Positions 41,448-49,479 of a stretch of 64,000 nucleotides of DNA are shown here, piece after piece. The stretch covers positions 9,405-73,404 of the forward strand of contig JBBQZK010000001.1 of assembly GCA_038207785.1 (NCBI GenBank). Reading direction: 5' to 3'. The notes beneath the pieces were generated by a model. That model was not told the origin of the DNA and ran no database searches. It worked only from the letters and a program-made list of their open reading frames with translations. Within the stretch, counting starts at the first letter, position 1. Every line of letters begins with the position of its first letter. The translations under genes were made by a program, and so were the position numbers. This DNA comes from Candidatus Limnocylindria bacterium. Lineage in GTDB: Bacteria > Chloroflexota > Limnocylindria > P2-11E.

Positions 41448-41524
41448 CAGGAAGATGGACGATGCGGCACGCGCACCGGCACGGTCAACGCTCGCGGCCG
41501 AAGTCGGTGCACCATGCACAGTGC

Positions 41525-42217
41525 TCACGACGCGAGCTCCTCGAGCGCGGTCTGGCCGAGCACGGCGAGGTACAGCGTCACGCGCTGGCCGGCATCCTCG
41601 AGGTCGGCTCCGGTGAGCTCGCCGATCCGCCTGAGGCGCTGGCGCACGGTGTTGCGGTGCAGGAACAGCGCGCGGGCAACGCCGTTCACGCTGCCATGCG
41701 ACCGCAGGAACTCCTCGAGCGTCCGGAGCTCCTCGCGCTGGGCCTGCTCGGCGAGCGGGCCGAGGACCGCGCGGCAGAAGGTGCGGATCTCCTCTGTCGG
41801 CCGGCCGAGGACGAAGCAGTACGGGCCGAGTTCGGCGAACGCGGTGACGCGCCCGTGGCCGTTGAGCGCGCGCCCCACGCGCACCGCCTGTTCGGCCTGC
41901 AACACGACGAGCTGGAGGGAACGCTCGCGATCGCGCGGACCGGCGATGCCGACCGAGAGCGTCGGATCGCCGAGCGCGTCGGCGACCGCGGCGCGAAGGC
42001 TGGCCGCCGCACCGGCAGGCTCGGCGCCGGGCGGCACGCGCTGGAGCGCGATGACCGTCGGTCCGCGTGCGCCGACGATCCGCGCGTCCGGTGGAAGCGC
42101 CCGGCGGACCGCACCGTGGAGCGACCGCAGGGTGCCCTCGGCCGCGCCCTGGAACGCGAACGCGTAGAGCGGCGATGGCGTCGTCGCCGGGGTCGTCCGC
42201 TCGGATCGCGCGTCCAC
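41525..42217 (-). CDS. PucR/CdaR-family-like transcriptional regulator (C-terminal PucR-type HTH)
   Basis: It has ...LRTLEEFLRSHGSVNGVARALFLHRNTVRQRLRRIGELTG.... It uses a GTG start with an AAGGAG RBS. Confidence 0.6.
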   Translation of the reverse strand: MDARSERTTPATTPSPLYAFAFQGAAEGTLRSLHGAVRRALPPDARIVGARGPTVIALQRVPPGAEPAGAAASLRAAVADALGDPTLSVGIAGPRDRERSLQLVVLQAEQAVRVGRALNGHGRVTAFAELGPYCFVLGRPTEEIRTFCRAVLGPLAEQAQREELRTLEEFLRSHGSVNGVARALFLHRNTVRQRLRRIGELTGADLEDAGQRVTLYLAVLGQTALEELAS

Positions 42218-42242
42218 CGCTCGCTCCTTTCATTTCGCACCG

Positions 42243-42273
42243 GAAACAGAAAAGACCTCCCGGTCTGGGAGGT
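42243..42273. terminator. GC hairpin (GACCTCCC-GGTCT-GGGAGGTC) with an A-run on one side and a T-rich tail on the other; candidate bidirectional intrinsic terminator
   Basis: On the minus strand the hairpin is followed by UUUUCUGUUUCC. It separates the ACT gene from the PucR-like gene. Confidence 0.5.
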
Positions 42274-42441
42274 CCTTGTTGGTGCCGGTCTCGATGTGTG
42301 TGCTACGCGGTCGTGGTGTTCCTCCCAGCGTCGTTCAAGCCCCACATGATGTGGAGCTCGATAACGATGGCGCGGAGGACGCTGGACCGCATCGCGACAA
42401 CGGTACATCCTGCCGGGGGTCCGGCCAAGCCCCAGGCAGTC

Positions 42442-43125
42442 CTAATACGTCCGGCCCCGCTGCCGCGCGATGTCGAAGCGCGCCGTCTTGGCGACCGCCA
42501 TCACGGCCATGACGCCCGCCTGGACGGGGTCGCTGACGATCAGATCGGCCGCCTTCGGCGCCGACCCAGCCATGTTCAGGCTGATCACCAGGATGCCGCG
42601 CCGGCGGACCTCCTCGACGGCCTCGGTGATCTCGCCGCCCATGAGCGAGCCGGCGAGCACGAGGGCCACCGCGCGCGGCAGGCGGGCAACCGCCCGGACC
42701 GCCGCGGCGAGGGTCTGCTCGCCGACGATCGGGATCGTGTCAATGCTGATCTTCTCGCCGCGGATGTTGTGGCGGTCCGCCTCCGAGATCGCGCCGAGCG
42801 CGACCTGCCCGACCTGCGCGCCGCCGCCCACCACGATGATCCGCTTGCCGTAGACCTCGGCCATCGTCGGCACGACCTGGACCGCCGAGAGCACGTCGAG
42901 CCCGTTCAGGTCCGTGACCAGCCGGCCGGGGTCGGCGCTCGCCGGCAGGTCGATCTCGACGTGGACCCGCGCGCGGTCGCCGCGCTCAGGGATCTCGATC
43001 CCGGTGATGTTGCCGCCGTGGGCGAGGATCACGGTCGTGATCGCGTGCAGCGTCCCCGGCCGGTCCGCGCCATCGCACGCGAGCGCGATGGAGACCGGGA
43101 CGCCGGTCCGCTCAGCGGGCGGCAT
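42442..43125 (-). CDS. ACT-domain-containing protein
   Basis: It has an N-terminal ACT-like ...GVPVSIALACDGADRPGTLHAITTVILAHGGNITGIEI.... The ATG at 43125 has a GGAG RBS. Confidence 0.45.
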   Translation of the reverse strand: MPPAERTGVPVSIALACDGADRPGTLHAITTVILAHGGNITGIEIPERGDRARVHVEIDLPASADPGRLVTDLNGLDVLSAVQVVPTMAEVYGKRIIVVGGGAQVGQVALGAISEADRHNIRGEKISIDTIPIVGEQTLAAAVRAVARLPRAVALVLAGSLMGGEITEAVEEVRRRGILVISLNMAGSAPKAADLIVSDPVQAGVMAVMAVAKTARFDIARQRGRTY

Positions 43126-43419
43126 CGAGCTCGCTCCGCTCCAGGTGGAGCGCTTCCAGGAACGCGACGCGGAGGCCGAGCAGGTTCGGATCGCGCCGAT
43201 CGCGCGGGTGCTCGGCGGCAACGCGCAGCACGTCCGAGACGCGTGCCGGCCGATCGGTGAGCAGGATGACGCGGTCCGCGAGATATACCGCCTCGTCGAG
43301 GTCGTTGGTCACGGGCACCAGGGTGGACGGTAGCGCGTCCGCGCCGCGAGGAGGTGATCCTGGGTCGCCGCAGGATGAACGTGTCGAGTTCCCAGGGCAC
43401 GGTGTAGCCGGGCGATGAG
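43112..43419 (-). pseudogene. remnant of an ABC-transporter ATP-binding protein (NitT/TauT-type C-terminus)
   Basis: ...LVPVTNDLDEAVYLADRVILLTDRPARV... matches an ABC ATPase C-terminus. No Walker A or signature motif lies upstream. The upstream part reads in a different frame. Confidence 0.45.
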
Positions 43420-44034
43420 TTACTGCTCGGCGATCGCCAGCCGGCCCGCGAGAGCAACGAACGACCCGGCGAAGCCCCGGCGCATCCAGGTGAGCACGCG
43501 CGGCCGGGCGATGACCTGCCTGCGCACCGACGCGGCGAAGACGCCGTAGCCGACGAACACGACGAAGGTCACGACCATGAAGACGCCGCTGAGCTCCAGC
43601 ATCCGCACGACCCCGTCCGGCTCCGCGCTACTGACGAACTGCGGGAGGAACGCGAAGAAGAAGATCGTGAGCTTGGGGTTGAGGATGTTGATCAGCACCC
43701 CGGTCATGACCATCCTCGCCACACCGCGCGGGGCCGCGCCCTCTGCTACGACGAGGGCGCGCTTGTCCCGGAGCGTGCTCCACGCGAGGTAGAGCAGGTA
43801 GGCGGCGCCCGCGTACTTCAGGCTCTGGAACGCGAGTGCGCTCGCGTGCACGAGTGCCGCGAGACCGGTGATCGCAGCAAGCATGTGCGGGACGATGCCG
43901 AGGGTGCAGCCGAACGCCGCGATGACGCTTGCGCGCGCGCCGCGAGACACGCCGGCGGAGAGCGTGTACAGGACTCCGGTGCCCGGTGTCGCCACCACGA
44001 TGATCGTCGTCACCAGGAAGGCGATGCTCACCAC
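43420..44034 (-). CDS. LysE/RhtB-family amino-acid exporter
   Basis: It is 204 aa with 6 TM segments and a typical LysE N-terminus, MVSIAFLVTTIIVVATPGTGVLYTLSAG. Confidence 0.75.
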   Translation of the reverse strand: MVSIAFLVTTIIVVATPGTGVLYTLSAGVSRGARASVIAAFGCTLGIVPHMLAAITGLAALVHASALAFQSLKYAGAAYLLYLAWSTLRDKRALVVAEGAAPRGVARMVMTGVLINILNPKLTIFFFAFLPQFVSSAEPDGVVRMLELSGVFMVVTFVVFVGYGVFAASVRRQVIARPRVLTWMRRGFAGSFVALAGRLAIAEQ

Positions 44035-44250
44035 GCGCCGCGCATGCCCGCCGCGGTCGCTGAGCCGCCGTCGCCCGGGATATTCGTACGCCCATCACCG
44101 GCCACCGTCGTGATGGTGCCGTCGGTCGCGATCCGGCGCACCCGATTCGTCGCAGGGCCGCCGTCCCGGCTGGATCCCTTCGTGTCCTTGTTGCCCGCGA
44201 TCGTCACCATCGTCCCGGTCCCCGGATCAACGCAAACGTACTTACTGAGA
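44028..44250 (-). pseudogene. fragment of an NHL-repeat protein
   Basis: ...DGGPATNRVRRIATDGTITTVAGDGRTNIPGDGGSA... has an NHL-type blade. There is no credible start or N-terminus. Confidence 0.35.
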
Positions 44251-44306
44251 GCGCGAGCATCACAGCGAGCGAGTGGACCACCATCGATGCGCAGTATCGC
44301 CGTTGA

Positions 44307-44456
44307 GCGGGTGCGGCTCGGTCCAGGGGCAGCTCCGGGACGGTCGGCGCCAGCACGGACGCCTACTCGGTCCTCGCGACGATCCAAGAGCTGTTCGGGC
44401 TGGCCAAACTCGGTGCGGCAGCGCAGGCAACGAGCTTCGCCGCGCTCCTCGACTAG
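44307..44456 (+). pseudogene. C-terminal fragment of a phosphoesterase (phospholipase C/acid phosphatase family) gene
   Basis: ...STDAYSVLATIQELFGLAKLGAAAQATSFAALLD* matches the family's C-terminal motif. An in-frame stop lies just upstream at 44304. Confidence 0.4.
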
Positions 44457-45271
44457 CTCCCCGCGAGGTCACCGAGCCAGTCGGCCGCGAGCGCGACTGC
44501 GGCGAGCGACACGAGCACCCGGTGCACGTGCGGGCGACGCGAAACGGTCACCGCGACCGCGAATAGGGCCAGCGCGGCGAGGAAGAACGCGCCCGGTGCG
44601 CCGCCGCGCGGGCGGACGAGCACGACCACGATGGCCGCAAGCGCGAATGCGGCCCAGCATGCGGCGCGCGCCCGGTCGGTGCCGAGCCGTGCCGCGAGCC
44701 CCGACGCGCCCGCGGACCGGTCCGTCCCGATGTCCGGAAGCGCGTCGGCGAGATGGATCGCGACCACGAGCGGTGCGCCGATGAGGTACGCGACGGGCAC
44801 CAGCAGATCCGCGCGCCCGACGACGGCGAACGCCGCGACCGCGAGCGTCGGCAGCGCGATCGAGAACGGCACGACGCTCGCGATGGTCCGATCGACGCCG
44901 CGGTCGTACACGAACCCGCATGCGGTGCCGAGCGCGACGAGAGCGGCGACCGCCGGGCTCACGACAAACGCGACGGTGAGGCCCGCGGCAAGGAACAGCC
45001 ATGCGCCGAGCCGCGCGCTGCCGGCGGCCACGACGCCACGTGGGATCAGCCGCCAGGGCTTCGTCGCCGCATCGAGCTCGCGGTCGCACCAGTTGTTGTC
45101 GAGCGCGATGGCGACCTGCGTGAGCAGGACCGCCGCGAGGAAACCCACGGTCGGACTGGGCGGCGGCCCGCCCTGTGCGGCGATCCAGACGAACGCGAAT
45201 GCGGCGAGGAGAACGACCGGGATCGCGCGCAGATGCAGGAACTCGGCCCACAGGAACGCGGTGCTGCGCAC
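44453..45271 (-). CDS. UbiA-family prenyltransferase (membrane)
   Basis: It has ...ALDNNWCDRELD..., an NDxxDxxxD-like motif, and multiple TM helices. It uses a GTG start. Confidence 0.65.
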   Translation of the reverse strand: MRSTAFLWAEFLHLRAIPVVLLAAFAFVWIAAQGGPPPSPTVGFLAAVLLTQVAIALDNNWCDRELDAATKPWRLIPRGVVAAGSARLGAWLFLAAGLTVAFVVSPAVAALVALGTACGFVYDRGVDRTIASVVPFSIALPTLAVAAFAVVGRADLLVPVAYLIGAPLVVAIHLADALPDIGTDRSAGASGLAARLGTDRARAACWAAFALAAIVVVLVRPRGGAPGAFFLAALALFAVAVTVSRRPHVHRVLVSLAAVALAADWLGDLAGS

Positions 45272-45335
45272 CGCGGGACGATAGAGGGGCGCCCGCAGGT
45301 CGCGGACGCCGCCTCTACAACAGCAGCCTTGGCCG

Positions 45336-45935
45336 CTAGATGCGGCCGGTGGTGGCCCCGCTCCGCTCGGCCTGCGCGGGCTCGATCCAGGCCTCGAGGA
45401 TCGCGCTCCGCGTGATCTCGGGCGCGGTCGCGTCCATGCCGGGGAAGTCCCCGTCCTGGAGCTCGCGGAAGACGGTCATCGGCACGAGCCGGTCGATCTC
45501 CGTGACGAACTTCGCGCACTCGACGAACGAGCGCTTCGCGAGGGACGCGGTCTCCGTGTCGCCAAGAGCCGTCGCCGTCGTATGCAGCATCGTGTAGCTC
45601 AGGTACACGAGGTTGAGGGCCGTGTGGTCGTCACGCAGGCCCTTCGCAGCGCCTTCGGTGCGGACCTTGTTGTACAGGCCGGCGGCGATGCCGAGGGCGT
45701 CCGAGACGACCTCCTTCACGGGGTGCGTCGGGCTGCCGCCAAGGGCGCCGAGGCGCGTGCCGATGGCCTCATCCTGACGCTTCAGGCTGAGTGCGATGCG
45801 CGCAACGGTCTGCGCCACATCAGGCTTGTCTTTGAACTCGTCCTTCTGCCGCTCCATCGCGGTATGGACGTGGCTCACCAGCGACTTCATGTCGCCGAGG
45901 TACTTCGTGATGGTCTCCTGCTTCTTGTCACCCAT
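45336..45935 (-). CDS. ferritin-like (DUF892/YciE-YciF-like) protein
   Basis: It has a helical repeat architecture and an AAGGAG RBS. It is Lys-rich, with a local GC content lower than its neighbours. Confidence 0.4.
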   Translation of the reverse strand: MGDKKQETITKYLGDMKSLVSHVHTAMERQKDEFKDKPDVAQTVARIALSLKRQDEAIGTRLGALGGSPTHPVKEVVSDALGIAAGLYNKVRTEGAAKGLRDDHTALNLVYLSYTMLHTTATALGDTETASLAKRSFVECAKFVTEIDRLVPMTVFRELQDGDFPGMDATAPEITRSAILEAWIEPAQAERSGATTGRI

Positions 45936-46046
45936 GGTGCTGTCTCTCCTTCATGTACGGGGTGCACGATGTAGAGCAAGGCGTCGGCCACATCTCCGCT
46001 CGCCCGCCCGTCGGCCGGGCGCTCGCGGAGCCGCCAGAATGCCCGC

Positions 46047-46646
46047 ATGAGCGAGCTCACTGCGGCGGAGGTCCGCTCGTTGCGCGCCTTGAAGTCACCA
46101 CACGGCGTACAGCGAGCGCTCGATGGGATGCCCTACCACCTCGCGACGACCGCATGGTCTCCCCGGCTCGTGCTTCGCGAGCGCACGGTGCACTGCCTCG
46201 AGGCGGCGATCTTTGCCGCGGCGGCGCTCCGGCACATCGGGCACCGTCCGCTCATTGTCGATCTCGAAGCGGAGCACGACACCGATCACGTGATCGCGGT
46301 GTACCGCGAGCGCGGCTTGTGGGGTGCGGTGGCGCGCTCCAATTACGCGGGCCTGGAGCATCGCGAGCCCATCTACCGGACGCTCCGCGAGCTCGCGCTC
46401 AGCTACTTCCCGATGTACTTCAACCTGCGCGGTGAGCAGACCCTCCGCACCTTTTCGCGCCCGGTCGACCTGACCCGGTTCGACGCGCGCGGATGGATGA
46501 CCTCGGAGAAGGACGTCTGGTTCATCCCCGAATACCTGCTGACCATCTCCCATACACGGCTGCTGCCATCGGGCGTCGCGAGCGCCCTCCATCGCTTCGA
46601 CAAGCGCACGTTCGACGCCGGGCTGGTCGGGCACCGCTGGACGTGA
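46047..46646 (+). CDS. hypothetical protein (possible transglutaminase-like/papain-fold cysteine hydrolase)
   Basis: It has Cys...His candidates (…TVHCLEAAIFAAA… …DHVIAVY…). No firm family assignment was possible. Confidence 0.3.
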   Translation: MSELTAAEVRSLRALKSPHGVQRALDGMPYHLATTAWSPRLVLRERTVHCLEAAIFAAAALRHIGHRPLIVDLEAEHDTDHVIAVYRERGLWGAVARSNYAGLEHREPIYRTLRELALSYFPMYFNLRGEQTLRTFSRPVDLTRFDARGWMTSEKDVWFIPEYLLTISHTRLLPSGVASALHRFDKRTFDAGLVGHRWT

Positions 46647-46650
46647 CGCC

Positions 46651-47631
46651 CTAGCGGTCGAGCGCGCCGATCGCGAGCAGCAGCCCGTCCTTCTTGATCG
46701 CTGGACTCGTCACGATGAACAGCAGCACGCCCCCGGTCTGCGCGTGGAGTGTCGCGAGCGGCTCGCCGACGAGGTCCACCATCTCGCCCACTACGTCGCC
46801 CTTCCGCAGCATGTGTCCGACGGCAACGCGCGGGTGGAAGATGCCCTCGGCCGGTGAGCGGAGCCAGTCGAACGCGTTGACCACGGTCGGCGGCTTCACG
46901 AGGTGCGGGACGCCGCTCAGCGCGCCGACCGCTCGAAGGATGTTCGTCACACCCTTCACATGTCGCGCCACATCGCGTTCGATCAGCAATCCGCGACCAC
47001 CGGACTCGGCGAGCATGGACGCGACGCCGTTCAGGCACGCGACGGCGTACAGCGAGCCGGGCCGCTCACCCGTGGGCGCGCTTTTCACCGCCCACTTTGC
47101 TCCGTACGCGTTCGCCATGCGTGTGATCCGCGCATCGAGCGCGGGCTCGTCCGTCTGACGGTAAATGACGAATGGCGTGAGATCCTCGATGAGATCGCCC
47201 GCGTGGAGGTCGATCGCGTTATCGCATTTCCGCACGATCTCGGTCAGCAGGCGATGGGCGAACCGCTCGCCCCAGGTTCCGTCGGCGCGACCGGGGAACA
47301 GCCGGTTGAGGTTGTCGTTGTCCTCCGGGTTGACATAGATGCTCCGCTCGTAGAACCCCGGCCGGTTGAGCAGCGGCAGGACCAGCACCGTGCCCCGCAC
47401 CTGCGCTGGATCAAGACCGCGCCCGATACGGATCGCCGCCTCGATGCCGGTGTACTCCGCGGCGTGGATGCCCGCGGTGATGAGGACCGTCGGGCCATCG
47501 GATGAGCCGCTCACCGCGATGAACGGCCAGCGGTACTTCTCTAGACCGGGGTCCCCGCCGAAGGTGAACTCGCCCGTCGCGCGCTCGCCCGTCGCGGGGA
47601 GCGGGATGGGACCCAGAGAACGGCCGGCCAC
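46651..47631 (-). CDS. succinylglutamate desuccinylase/aspartoacylase (AstE/AspA) family zinc hydrolase
   Basis: It has ...ITAGIHAAEYTG... and ...DLHAGD.... It uses a GTG start. Confidence 0.7.
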   Translation of the reverse strand: MAGRSLGPIPLPATGERATGEFTFGGDPGLEKYRWPFIAVSGSSDGPTVLITAGIHAAEYTGIEAAIRIGRGLDPAQVRGTVLVLPLLNRPGFYERSIYVNPEDNDNLNRLFPGRADGTWGERFAHRLLTEIVRKCDNAIDLHAGDLIEDLTPFVIYRQTDEPALDARITRMANAYGAKWAVKSAPTGERPGSLYAVACLNGVASMLAESGGRGLLIERDVARHVKGVTNILRAVGALSGVPHLVKPPTVVNAFDWLRSPAEGIFHPRVAVGHMLRKGDVVGEMVDLVGEPLATLHAQTGGVLLFIVTSPAIKKDGLLLAIGALDR

Positions 47632-47656
47632 GACGACACGCTAGCGCGATGCCGCG

Positions 47657-48511
47657 CTAGGGCGTGCACTTCGTGTAGTCACCGGTCGTGTAGCCCGTCG
47701 AGAGCCACTGCTGGCGCTGCGCCGCCGACCCATGCGTCCAGGCCTCGGGAGCGACGCGCCCCGCGGTCTGTTTCTGGATCCGGTCGTCACCGACCGATGC
47801 AGCCGCATCGAGCGCGGTGGCGATATCGGTCTGCGTCGGCGCCTGCAAGAAGCCCGTCTCGGCTGCATGCTTCGCCCAGACGCCCGCGAAGCAGTCGGCC
47901 TGCAGCTCTTGTTTGACAGAAGTGCTCTGCGGCCCGGCGCGCTGATCACTGCTGAGGATGCCCAGCACATCCTGCACGTGATGCCCGTACTCGTGGGCGA
48001 CGACATACGCCTCGGCGAACGGTCCGCCCTTCGCGCCGAATTTCGTTTGCAGCTCGTTGAAGAACGCGAGATCCAGATACACCTTGCCGTCGACGGGGCA
48101 GTAGAACGGTCCCATCGCCGTGGAGGCGGTCCCGCACCCGGCCTGGGTCAGGTCAGTGAACAGCACGGTCGTAGCCGGCGAATACGTCTTCCCGCGCCGG
48201 CTGAGCTCGTCCTTCCAGTACTGCTGGATGCTGTCGACGTAGCCGACGATCCGGCAGTCCTGTCGTTTGTTGGCGTCCGCGCCGCTCTTGCAGTCTGCGA
48301 CCGTGGGCGCATTCGGGTCCGTGACAGTGGTCGTGTCGGTCGGGATCGCGTTGAGGATCCCGGTCGGATCGACACCGAGGAGCAGCGAGACGACGAGGAT
48401 CACGATGCCGATACCGCCGCCTCCGACCATGAGGCCGCCGCCGCCCATGCGGCGGCCACGGACGTCGTCGACCTGCGATGGATCCAGGCGCGCCTCGTCG
48501 TTGAAGCTCAC
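47657..48511 (-). CDS. neutral zinc metallopeptidase (YpfJ/PF04228-like), N-terminal TM anchor
   Basis: It has ...AYVVAHEYGHHVQ... with the HExxH motif. It has a Gly-rich N-terminus followed by a TM segment. It uses a GTG start. Confidence 0.7.
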   Translation of the reverse strand: MSFNDEARLDPSQVDDVRGRRMGGGGLMVGGGGIGIVILVVSLLLGVDPTGILNAIPTDTTTVTDPNAPTVADCKSGADANKRQDCRIVGYVDSIQQYWKDELSRRGKTYSPATTVLFTDLTQAGCGTASTAMGPFYCPVDGKVYLDLAFFNELQTKFGAKGGPFAEAYVVAHEYGHHVQDVLGILSSDQRAGPQSTSVKQELQADCFAGVWAKHAAETGFLQAPTQTDIATALDAAASVGDDRIQKQTAGRVAPEAWTHGSAAQRQQWLSTGYTTGDYTKCTP

Positions 48512-48594
48512 GCTCGAGGACTCGCAAGACCGCGGCCAACCGCCCGGACAGCCGCCATTTGGGTGCGATACCGTCGCGGCAGCGAGGAGGGGAC

Positions 48595-49479
48595 ATGGCG
48601 GTCGCCATCCGCACCCAGGCGCTCACCAAGGACTACGGCGCGGGCCACGGCATCTTTGACCTTGACCTCGAGGTGGCCGAAGGCGAGGTGTTCGGCTATC
48701 TCGGACCGAACGGGGCGGGCAAGACCACCACCATCAAGCTGCTCATGGGCCTCTGCCACGCGACGCGTGGCCGCGCGGCGATCTTCGGGCTCGACACCGA
48801 TCGCGATGCGGTCGCGGTCAAGAAGCGCGTGGGGTACGTTCCCGGTGAGCTGCCGCAGTTCGGGGGCTGGCGCGGATCCGAGATCGTGGCGTACATCGCC
48901 GGGCTTCGCGGGGATCTCGACGACGCGTGGATCGCCGCGATCGCGTCGCGCCTGCAGCTGGACCTCTCGCGGAAGTATCGCGAGTACTCCCACGGGAACA
49001 AACAGAAGCTCGCGTTGCTGCTCGCCTTCGCGCCGGATCCGGACCTGCTCATCCTCGATGAGCCCACGAGTGGTCTCGATCCGCTCCATCAGCAGGAGTT
49101 CTACGGCCTCGTGCGCGACGCGCGGGCGCGTGGCGCCACGATCTTCATCTCGTCGCACGTGTTATCGGAGGTCGAGCACATCTGCGATCGGGTCGGCATC
49201 GTGCGTGAGGGTCACCTGGCCACCGTCGGCACGCTCGACGAGCTCACCGGCATCCGGGCGCACCACGTGCGGATCGAGTTCGCCGACGCGCCGCCCGCCG
49301 AGCGGCTCGATGCTTTGAAGGGCTTCGAAGGGCTCGCCATCGAGGGCCATCGCGTGACGGGGCTCTATCGGGGGAGCTTCGACGAATTGCTGGCCGCCAT
49401 ATCCGGTTCGCGGATCGCGACGCTCGAGAGCCGCGAGCCGACGCTCGAAGAGGTCTTCCTGAGCTTCTATTCCGGATGA
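48595..49479 (+). CDS. ABC transporter ATP-binding protein (ABC-2/DrrA-like)
   Basis: It has Walker A GPNGAGKTT, the signature HGNKQKL and Walker B LLILDEPT. The ATG at 48595 has an AGGAGG RBS. The ORF-track start at 48559 carries an extension. Confidence 0.85.
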   Translation: MAVAIRTQALTKDYGAGHGIFDLDLEVAEGEVFGYLGPNGAGKTTTIKLLMGLCHATRGRAAIFGLDTDRDAVAVKKRVGYVPGELPQFGGWRGSEIVAYIAGLRGDLDDAWIAAIASRLQLDLSRKYREYSHGNKQKLALLLAFAPDPDLLILDEPTSGLDPLHQQEFYGLVRDARARGATIFISSHVLSEVEHICDRVGIVREGHLATVGTLDELTGIRAHHVRIEFADAPPAERLDALKGFEGLAIEGHRVTGLYRGSFDELLAAISGSRIATLESREPTLEEVFLSFYSG

